Below, piece by piece: positions 54,067-64,000 of a stretch of 64,000 bases of DNA. The notes under the pieces were generated by a model. The model did not search any database, had not been told where the DNA came from, and saw nothing but the letters and a program-made list of their open reading frames with translations. This DNA is from Lytechinus pictus (taxonomy: Eukaryota), in assembly GCF_037042905.1 (NCBI RefSeq), contig NC_087251.1:7938001-8002000 (forward strand), read 5' to 3'. A program made the position numbers and the translations under genes. Positions within the stretch are counted from its first letter, which is position 1. Every line of letters begins with the position of its first letter.

Positions 54067-55359
54067 ATGTTTTATACTGAAAAACACTAGTGTGTTATTC
54101 TTGACTGTCCAAGAGGTTCAGAAATATATTCGCACACAAAAGTGATTTTATCGACAGTAAAGGTGTATATTTCCTATATAACTAGTGGAGCATTGTATGA
54201 ACCTAGTGTTCAATTACAAATTATACACAAGTACCAAATTCAAGCATAAATCTTTTGATTAAATGCAAATTTGTAGTTGATTTGCATTCAATTGCAACCT
54301 CCTTTTCTTGCAACACTTTATTCTGGGAGACTTGTGCTTGATTTGCAGTTGAATATAATGTAATGGATGAGTTTTGAATATTTAATAACATTCAGTTTTC
54401 AAGCAAAATCATACAAGCATGTAAAACTGATGCAACATGTAATATCAACGGGATAGCTAATTAAAGCAGAACAATATTTCTGCCAAAAAATCAATTCAAC
54501 AAAAATGTTCATAGTGCATAGCTGTATGCTTTTATTCCAGTTGGAAAAAATCTTTTTAAAATAAGATTTGTCACCTAGCCTCTAATCGTAGTTCTGTTGA
54601 ACCTCATATTTGCATTTGGAATATTGCTAAGGGAAAGTTATACGACTAAAAAAATCTTTCCACCTTACAATACAACGTCACGGCATTTAAGAAACATTTT
54701 CAACTTGTTTAAACTCATTAAGAGAAATAAAACAGTGTGAAAGAAAAGTAGGAGAGGGGAGAGGTAAGGGAGAGACGAGAGAGAGAGAAAAAAGGGGTGA
54801 AAGGAAGAGAAGACGATGAAAAGGCTGGTCTCGTAGGGTGGGATTCTGATATACATAGTTTGGTTAACCCTGGTCTAACTTATAGTCGACCAGTTTTATG
54901 GAGTGCCAGTCATCAACCCATTATACTAATCCTGCAGTAAAAAATATGTGAAAAAAAATTATTGTGTCAAAAATTAGAATTAACAAAATACAATATGAGT
55001 TTCGCCAAGAACGTGGAAGAATTATGAAACCCAGCATTCCATTAAATTCTAGTTTAGACTAGTAAAACTAATGTTTAATTATCAGAATAAAGCCCATGAT
55101 GGTTACTTTCAACTTGTTCAAAGTCTGACTGCCCAAATATTACAAAACAGATTCTCAATTACAATATACATGTATGTACGCATTTAATGGCAAAATAAAT
55201 TGTTTAGAAGTACAATGAATCATTATTGATATTAGGGGTAAGAGAGATCCGCTGTGGCAGGGCTTCTTTGATAAATTATATAGACCTGCATAATTTATTC
55301 TGGAAATATGAAGATTGTGAGGAAAATTGTCAATTATACATTTAGAAAGTCAAAAAGGG

Positions 55360-55398
55360 GCCTAAGCTTTCGATCCTAGCAGAATCTTCGTCGGAGGC
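55360..55398 (-). ncRNA. Minimal type I hammerhead-ribozyme-like motif (Penelope-like element remnant), core variant
   Basis: Minus strand GCCT-CCGACGA-A-GATTCT-GCT-AGGATC-GAAA-GCTT-AGGC: stem I, a CUGANGA-like box with U>C, stem II, GAAA box and palindromic AAGCTT stem III. Confidence 0.6.
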
Positions 55399-55688
55399 AA
55401 AATATACGTTTAGACGCAAACATTTTGCTTGTATGACAATTGCCTGTTTTTATCAGGAATTATTTTTCATCAATAATGTTAAAATAAGATTAGATTTTTA
55501 GAGAAAGGGTCATGGCATCCAATCATGTCACATGAAATACATTGAAGTGAAAATCCATATTTTATTGTTCAAAATGAAATATGAAATAGAAATACTCTGA
55601 AAAATCAATTTTGCCCAATTGATTGATGTAGCTCTATCCCTTGGATTGTTGAACACCAAACAGGGGAGCAGTAACTCCCATCTTTTAA

Positions 55689-56287
55689 AGGTCAAGTCCA
55701 CCTCAGAAAAAAAGTTGTTTTTAACCAACAGAGACAAATCAGACAAGCATAATTTAATGCTGAAAATTTCATCAAAATCGGATGTAAAATAAGAAAGTTA
55801 TGACATTTTGAAATTTCGCTTATTTTTCACAAAATAGTTATATGCACAATTTACCCACATGCATATGAGAGAATAAATGTTCCTCACTCACTATTTCTTT
55901 TGTTTTTATTGTTTGAATTATACAATATTTCAATTTTTACAGATTTGACAATAAGGACCAACTTGACTGAACCATATAATGTTAAGCAATGGTAACTCCA
56001 CATGTTCAGTGAGGAATAAAACTTTGTTTCACAGGACAATGAGGAGAAAATTCAAATATTTCCTATTTCAAATAATGAAATACATAGAAAAAGTGAGTGA
56101 TTGATGTCATCAGTTCCCTCATTTGCATACTGACCAGGATGTGCATATAACTATTATGTGAAATTAAGCGAAAATTAAAAAATGTCACAACTTTCTTATT
56201 TTACATCCGATTTTGATGAAATTTTCAGTGTCATGCCCGTTGGATTTTTCTCTTTTTATTCAAGTCAACTTTTTATTTGGGTGGACT
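55689..56287. mobile_element. TTAA-type MITE family B, copy 3
   Basis: TTAA|AGGTCAAGTCCACC...GGTGGACT|TTAA, with a few terminal bases missing on the right. Homologous to 27706-28265. Confidence 0.85.
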
Positions 56288-56291
56288 TTAA

Positions 56292-56375
56292 CGTCTTTTG
56301 GTCTGACGCGGCCGGGGTTTGAACTCCCAACCTCCCGGTTATGAGACAGATGCAATACAAACTGAGTTAACATGT
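56292..56375 (-). mobile_element. tRNA-derived SINE head
   Basis: Minus strand GGGAGTTCAAACCCCGGCCGCGTCAGACC contains a Pol III B box. No intact tRNA cloverleaf is seen. Confidence 0.55.
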
Positions 56376-57500
56376 TAGTCCAATATAGATGCAAAACATA
56401 TAACAATTGTGCACCATGGTATTGCAATTGGCATTTTCAAAACAAAAGATATATTTCATTGTTACATCTAATGAATGCAGTTTATTAAATGATTATCTTC
56501 CTAATATTAATCAACACAAAATATGTCATAATGGCTCAACCAGGACATGGCTGTAAGGCCAGTGGCCAGGATTGATATTCTAAGATTTATTATATCTCGC
56601 ACAAAAAAAAAAATTCTATGTTATAATAAGTGGGCTAAATACCTTTAAAATCTTTCTGAATTGGTATTCTAAGAACCACTTTTTCTTCATTTTATCTCTG
56701 TAAGACACGCCTATGTCTAATAAGAAATGCTGTTTAATAGCACTCTCAACTCATTCAACCAATGAAAATTCTTTCACCAAGAGGGTGGGCAAAGGAGCAG
56801 GAGTGCATCAATTTCATAACATCCAAATGCACTTGCACTATACACTAGTGCATTTTTACAGGGATTTCTTTCAAAGAATTAATAATGAATGCATTTTTGC
56901 AATTGAAAAATGCATCCCATAGATATTGCAAACTGGCATTTTTACCATTATATTCATATTGTATGTTTACAATATTTTGGACCAACAAATATTTGGAGAA
57001 ATAAAATCTACCATGGAAACTGAAATGCCTGTTACATGAACTGCCAATGAAAAGACTTGTTTTCAAATATTGACTGAATTTTTTCAAAATAAAAAAAACC
57101 CTGTGATGCTAAAATAATATTTGATTGGTATGATCAAACTATATATCATACATTTATATATGATTATGTGACTTCTATACATTTGCTAAAAAGAAAAAAA
57201 ATCTATAAATTTCAGTTTACATGTATCCCACTTCCCCCGAACACATTGTTTTGTGCTTGATCATACATCTGATTTTCTAGCTGGGTTACGTTGTATCAAC
57301 GGTACTATCAATTCACAAATTTGGACCTACCAAAATCTGTTGTACAGCAAGATATTCACATTAAAAAATTAATACACAATTTCCCACTTCAAGACAACTT
57401 GGATGACTTGTGCAAGAATCATAGAATATGTTTCAATCCAAGACCCAAACTTTAAGAAAAATATTGAAATGTGATTTCATCCTACATACATGTTTATAAC

Positions 57501-58675
57501 AACAAGTGGAACGCCTCTGGCAGTCTCGCCTGCATTACGCGATTTAATATAGCAGCAGTGCTAACTTTGAAAACTACTATAAAATAATCATTCACAAAAA
57601 CACCATTCATATAATGACATAATACAACGTTCATTGACCATAGATGACATTTGAACGGTGACTTAAGACTTGTCAACTACACCCATGTCCACATTTCATT
57701 CACTCTATCCATAAACTTTCAAAGTTATGATGGCAATTCAACAATTACCCCAACATGGCCTACGTTTATTGACCTTAACTGACCTTTGACCGTGGTTTTG
57801 TGACCTGAAACTCACAGGGGATGTTCAGTGATACTTGATTACTCTTATATCCCAAGTTTTATGAAATAGATCCATAAACTTCAGAGTTAGGATGGTAATT
57901 TAACAAAGACCCCCAACACGGCCAAAGTTCATTGACCTTAAATGACCATTGACCATGGTCATGTGACCTGAAACTCGCACAGAATATTCAGTGGTACTTG
58001 ATTAACCTAATGTCCACGTTTCATGAACTAGATCCATAAATTTTCAAAGTTATGAAGGTAATTCAACAAATACGCCCAACTTGGCCAAAGTTCATTGACC
58101 CTAAATGACCTTTGACCTTGGTCATGTGACCTGAAACTCAGGAAGGATGTTCACTAATACTTGATTAATCTTATGTCCAAGTTTCATGAACTAGATCCAT
58201 AAATTTTCAAAGTTATGATAGTAATTAAAAAAATACCCCCAACTTGACCAAAGTTCATTGACCCTAAATGACCTTTGACCTTGGTCATGTGTCCTGAAAC
58301 TGGTGCAGGATGTTCACTAATACTTGATTAACCTTATGCCCAAGTTTCATGAACTAGGTCCATATACTTTTTAAGTTATGATGTCATTTCAAAAACTTAA
58401 CCTTCGGTTAAGATTTTGAAAATAATTCTCCCAACATGGTCTAAGTTCATTGACCCTAAATGACCTTTGACCTTAGTCATGTGACCTGAAACTCAGGCAG
58501 GATGTTCAGTAATACTTGATTAACCTTATGTCCTAGTTTCATGAACTAGGTCTATATACTTTCTAAGTTATGATGTCATTTCATAAACTTAACCTTAGGT
58601 TAAGATTTGATGTTGACGCCGCCGTCGGAATAGCGGCGCCTATAGTCTCGCTCTGCTATGCAGGCGAGACAAAAA
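57501..58675 (-). mobile_element. Helentron-associated interspersed element (HINE / DINE-1-like) with internal 163-bp tandem array
   Basis: 13-bp subterminal inverted repeats GTCTCGCCTGCAT (57523-57535) and ATGCAGGCGAGAC (58658-58670); partial extra IR GTCTCGC (58645-58651); T-run/TT termini on the - strand; tandem unit anchors at 57764, 57927, 58090, 58253 and 58445. Confidence 0.75.
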
Positions 58676-58742
58676 CGGAGTGATTTCATGACTTGAAAAG
58701 CCAGTAAGCCCGTTTTCATAAAATAGAATGCTGTACCATTAT

Positions 58743-59410
58743 CCCGGAGGGGCCACTTCCATTGACGAGTGGATACCATGCGCGACCATGGGGTCTTGAA
58801 AAGCACCCTAAACACGTATTTTCCATATTCTGAAAATGCACCCCTTAACAAGTATTGGCGTGTGAAACCCTACCCTTAACAAGTATTGGAAACAAATACT
58901 ATTGGAAAGTATTCCCAGAATTGAGCCCCTAAACAAGTACAGCGATGTATTTTCCATATTCTGAAAATGCACCCCTTAACAAGTATTAAAAACAAAACGA
59001 TACTCTTGGCAAGTATTCCCTGAAATGAACCCCTAAACATACAGCGATATTTTATTGTTGTGTCACGGGTCCGTCGGTCGTCGGTTTTACCTTTAGACAC
59101 CATTATTTTGGTTTACTACGGCCTCACCTTCCACACCTCGCGCAAATCGGACTCTAAACACGTAGTGTTGGGGCAAAAAGGACATCATTTATAAAACATT
59201 TTGATTTTGTTTTATCATCCCCGCATATTTGACCCTAAACACGTATATTTTTCCGAGCGAAATAGATACCCTTTTTTCAATATTTTTGTGTTTTTGACAC
59301 CCTTATCACGTTACGTACGTAACGTGCCCTATCCTGAAAAAGACATCCTTTTTACGTGTTTTTTTGGTCGCGCATGGTATCCACTCGTCAATGTAAGTGG
59401 CCCCCCCGGG
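58743..59410. mobile_element. Non-autonomous DNA transposon with 8-bp TSD (superfamily unassigned)
   Basis: ACCATTAT|CCCGGAGGGGCCACTTCCATTGACGAGTGGATACCATGCGCGACCA...TGGTCGCGCATGGTATCCACTCGTCAATGTAAGTGGCCCCCCCGGG|ACCATTAT; TIR about 46 bp, with an internal direct duplication. Confidence 0.9.
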
Positions 59411-59915
59411 ACCATTATTTACTGACAAATTGTTATCAATATCAGACAAGAAATACCTGCATGTCTTGGAGGGGAACAAACAAAACCTGCGCAAGAAAAT
59501 TGGGATATATGGATACTTAAATAAAGTATAAGTCTAAATATGATATTTAATGTGTAATACCATTCCAAATGGCTTGAAACTCAGGAGTAGAAAGGTTGTG
59601 GCACATCAAAAATTGTATTTCCCAGGAGAAAGAAACAGAATTCTGCTAACAGCTTAGATTGTGTGATAAGCGATGAACATGACTGGTTGAAGAATAAGGT
59701 TGTTGGATCTGTTGTTATCTACCAGTGACTTGTAATAGACAGCCAGCAAACATACTGCATCACTGGAGACAAAGCTGCTTACAAACAACAACAACCTTCT
59801 AGTCCATAACTCAGGGGTGAACCAATATAGCTTCATCCATGCATTTTGTCAAAATAAATGTCCTCTATATAATGACTTAAAATTCCAGTTTATACGTCTC
59901 TTTAATGATGATGCA

Positions 59916-59983
59916 TCAAAATCTTTCTGCTGATCTACTTGCCACAGCACGCATATTTCCATATACTTTAGAAGGTGGGCTAC
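59916..59983 (-). CDS. PNO1: PNO1 terminal coding exon with stop
   Basis: Minus strand ttgcag|GT...; GSPPSKVYGNMRAVASRSAERF* (TGA), the canonical PNO1 C-terminus. Upstream PNO1 exons were not found in 60706-64000. Confidence 0.95.
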
Positions 59984-60455
59984 CTGCAATAGAAAGAATT
60001 AGGGGAAAAAGAAAAAAAAATTATATTCAATATTGAACATAAATGACAATATTCAATTATCAAATAATGTTTCTCCATCATTAAAATAATAACAAGATGT
60101 ACGGCTAACATTCCGCTCTTGTGTAATGGAGAAATTTAACATGTGGTAAGAAATGCGGTAAGATGAAATTGAATTTATGCAAAATTCATGATCAAATTAA
60201 ACAACATGTAAAAATGTAAAGTTTAACATACCTATGAAAGTAAAATCAGATTTTTCACATTGTAATTGAGCTATTGTATTGAAATGTATTAAACAAACCT
60301 ATGCCATCCATACTTTTCCCAAATAACTGAGCAATATGTTATATGGATTTAAATAGTTTTAAATCACCATCACACGAACAGACAGTAATCTTTCTCCACA
60401 AACTTGTAAACCCTATCGTATATTACCTTATATATAGCGGATATTGAGTACTTAC

Positions 60456-60705
60456 CAAGAATAAGATTACATATAGCTGTCCTTGCAATCTTTATATTCT
60501 GGAAGGAGCCTAAGATGTGTATTTTTGTGTCAGCTAGAACAATTCTAGTCTTTGTAACATTCTCAATGGTGAACTTTGTCTTTCCACCCTTCCCTGCTAT
60601 CCTTCCAATAGCTCTAGATAAATGATCTCCTTTCAGTGGCTTTACATCGGTCACTTCAAAAGATTCTAAGAATAAATCATCAAGTCTCAGCAATGCCAAA
60701 GCATC
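60456..60705 (-). CDS. PNO1: PNO1/DIM2 KH-domain ribosome biogenesis factor, penultimate coding exon
   Basis: Minus strand cgtag|GAT...CTTG|gtaagt; 250 bp, phase 0-1; [83 protein letters not shown], with the KH GxxG loop. Confidence 0.96.
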
Positions 60706-63684
60706 CTACGAAGAAAATAAAGGGAAATAAAATTAAAAATCATTATTAATGTTGTGTAGAATCAGTTCCCAGTTCCACTGATGTTTCATTATGCCTCATA
60801 ACATGTAGGGAATATTGGATGACCTAGAGTGGGATGCGTATACATTTTGTACGAGCTGAAGAACAATATTGGAGTCAGAGACGAATCCAATATTGTTCTT
60901 CAGCGAGTAACAATATTTCTACGCATCCCCAAGCCTTGAAATAAGCGGGCGCTGAGCGCAAATTCGCGCTCATAAAGCCATCAGCGCCCATAAAGCCCCA
61001 AAATCATCAAAATTTTGACGACCGGGCGCAAATATTTTCCAGGTAATTGCGCCCGCCGTGAGTGAGCAGTGAAGCCATATCATACATGTAATTTAAATAT
61101 CTGAAAAGCCAAAATCAAGTAACTTTCAATTTACGATAAGCACAGTTTCAAATTGCAAAGTGCGTCTTTTTTTCTGTACCATAAAAAATGAGCTACGTCC
61201 GTCTTTTTTTTCTGTGCGCGCGTGATTCCGGTAGCGGTAACAGTTTTTCCATACTTCACCATGTGCAATTTCTAATGCACACATTTCCAGTTGGGATATC
61301 ACAATTCTGCGATATAGTAATTCGAATTGCACAGGAGATAAATCCCTGTTCACTGCACATACGATGTGCGAGTCTTTTATCCTCACAGTCGCCGACTTTG
61401 CTTGTCAAAACGGAGCCTCAATAATCCAAAATCACTTAGCTTATAGTTGTGAATTATAGCTTTTTAACTTCTTTCTTGGAGAGGGGTAAATATCAGACAA
61501 TAAATCATCAAACAAGGCTCCATCTAAAAAAAAAAAATAGGAGGACGCCGTGCACTTGAGTGTGGTGTCAGCTAGCTCATGTTCTCTGCCAGAGCTCTGG
61601 GTAAGAATTCTATCAGTAATGGCCTAAGTGATGGTGATTTTCCGTTTCAGATAGAGTTTAGATTTCATGTTAATTATTGAAAACTGTCAAAAAAGTAAAA
61701 CTTTATGATTTCTTCATTGTGATGAATATTTAAGTTATTAATGAATACATTTTCACCGAATTTAGACTCTCCCAGAATGAAAGGCATTTTCTGTGGAGAT
61801 CTGCGTTTTCAAATAACTTGTGAAAAATGAACATGAACCTACAATACATGTACATAGCCTGTGGCTATGTGCTGGAATTTGAATAGACTGAGTTAGATAT
61901 TGATTTCATTTCTTTAACATAATTTATATGCAATCCAAGTGCACCTCACAGTCACAATCACACACAAACACTCACCCACACCCGTGATTCTAACCATGAA
62001 AAAAACCTTTAAAATTATTTATTTTTTTCTAAATTTATCATTATTTGATCTGAATTCTCTCTTTTTTTATATTTTTATTTTATTCATTTTTATTTAGATT
62101 GTTTTTTGGGGGGGTTCATTGTTCGTGGTTCATTAAAGATGAAAAATAAATAAGCCCATGTGTGTGTGGTTGTAAAGGGGATGTGGTGAGGGTGTCAAAA
62201 CACACTTAAATATTTAAATCTGATTTTTTAAATATGTTTGAATAAGCCTAATACTTAGCATGCTATTCATGTACTAATTAAAAAATTGCAGGAGCTGTGC
62301 TTACTATAAACAAATTTGCGGTGTGGTTCACCGTTATATATATTTTTTTAGTTGCCCCCGGTTCCAGAATATTGCTCCCGGTTCCTGTAAAAAGCCCGTG
62401 AGCCGGGGGCAATTTTTTTGAAAAATTGCCCCTGGTCTGCAGCTGCTTATTTCAAGGCTTGATCCCATGAAAATTAGTAATCCAATATTATTATTATCAT
62501 TTAGATACCCCAACAAAGCCAAACATGAATTAATAAAGCCAAAAAAAAAAAGATTTTACTCATCATTTTATGTCAATCCTGTAAATCATGAGCATAGCGA
62601 CTGAGTATTGTCATTTTTAAAGAAATCTCTGTAAAGATGCGCTAGCGTATAGTGCAAGCACAATTTAATTCAATAAATTGATGCAATCTCGCTCCTTTGC
62701 CACACCTCCTGGCAACTAATACGCAATGCAATTTCATTGTGATGTAACAATAGCTTCATGTGCACAATCATTTATTATTAACCAATGATAATCTTGTGGG
62801 CGGGGCAAAATATTCATTTCATCCAATATGGAAAATATTGGATGGTTTTCATAGGCATACACATTAAAAATCAATTTAAATATTTTGTCTCTTTGAAACA
62901 ACCTCGCAAGACGTAAAGAAATATCTGCGCCTATAAAACCCTAAATCTAAATAATAATAAATATTATCCTACCCTCCACGATTTCATAACAATACATTAA
63001 AATGAAAGACATGCTCAGAAATGTAATCTGCTCTATTCATAACATTTTGAGCATGGTCTTCAATGATAAATTAGTGAACAATCACAATTTGAAAAAATTT
63101 CTTGTTCCTCTATGTCCTTGATCAGTTTAAGATAAAAATCACAGTTAATGCCCTTAAATCAACATTCTCGCAAACAAGCATAATTGTTTACATTTAAAAA
63201 GATAATCCCGATTTATTGAATCTACATAGAGTGAATATTTTTTTTTATTTTGAATAAATTTTAAGAATCTTAGATAATTGAGATCTCAAAATATTTATTT
63301 TATCTCGTTCAAAGTTATTTCAGCTGTCAGTGTATCACTCCATAGTATCATGATGCATTCTTCTATGAACATAGTAGGTGGCTGATATGAAATGAGACAA
63401 TGTGACAGTTCTGCTCTGATTTTAATAAACTGCACAGAACTATTATGTAGTATTGTCCCATCAACCCAGATTTCTGGGAAGTAGACCATTCCCTGTACTT
63501 TAAATATATAGCAATTGTCCAGCAAAGCTCAGTTATATCTTTTAAAATGTTAAGACACAATTAGACAAATCACCCCCACATACATGTAATAAACATGCTT
63601 TATACACTTTAAGTCTAATTTTTTTTTTCTTCAAAATATACAAGAAAACCTATATAATTTTATAAAGAGAAAACTCATGACATA

Positions 63685-64000
63685 CCGTATTTTCCGGTAT
63701 ATAAACCGCGGCCGTGTATAAACCGCACCCCCAATTTTTGACTCTTGGAAAAAAAAAAAAATTGAGGAAACCAGAAATAGTGAAATCTGTGTAATATTCT
63801 ATATATTTGAAGGAATATCTTCATGCATTCTCCGTGATACTGAAGCAATAAAATATACGAAAAGATATTATTTGTTCGATGCAAAGTGTTTTCACTTCGA
63901 CAATTTTGACGCAATTATCTCGCTCATGCAATACACAGCGATAATGCCTGTGCGTGGTGCTGAGTCTACGGGCAGCTGCCGGCTGCCCCGAGCTCTGCCT
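63685..64000. mobile_element. Left end of a probable Tc2/pogo-type element, running out of the window
   Basis: TA|CCGTATTTTCCGG followed by tandem TATAAACCGC motifs. The second TIR is not in the window. Confidence 0.5.

Noticed and set aside
57620..58600. CRISPR-like regularly spaced repeats
   Set aside because: Whole 163-bp units repeat with no unique spacers, there are no cas genes, and the context is eukaryotic.
24..63914. Most short ORFs in the supplied six-frame track
   Set aside because: No recognisable domains and low-complexity or repeat-derived composition. Only the ORFs overlapping SPAST and PNO1 exons in frame are coding.
60706..64000. Next upstream PNO1 exon
   Set aside because: I found no segment encoding the expected AADFVKAF-like sequence with splice sites; it is presumably beyond the window.

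Overview
AT-rich eukaryotic genomic DNA. The repeat landscape suggests a marine invertebrate deuterostome such as a sea urchin; this is inference only. The + strand carries most of a spastin (SPAST) gene: 11 coding exons from 2025 to the stop at 51813. They encode the C-terminal part of the MIT domain, a linker and a complete AAA ATPase domain, and exon 1 lies upstream of the window. All splice sites are GT-AG and the phases join into one open frame. Introns of about 10 kb and 25 kb follow the two MIT exons. On the - strand, converging on SPAST, are the last two coding exons of PNO1/DIM2 (60705-60456 and 59983-59916). Introns and intergenic DNA hold many non-autonomous DNA transposons (TTAA/Kolobok-type, TWA/Harbinger-type, TA/Tc1-mariner-type and one with an 8-bp TSD), SINE fragments and a Helentron-associated (HINE-like) element with an internal 163-bp tandem array. 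The most interesting non-obvious signals are a minimal Penelope-type hammerhead-ribozyme-like motif at 55360-55398 (-), four RFX X-box-like palindromes in SPAST introns, an excess of TACATGTA octamers, and twin near-identical MITEs. No autonomous transposase, rRNA, tRNA gene or CRISPR array is supported. I found no clear-cut novel multi-gene system.
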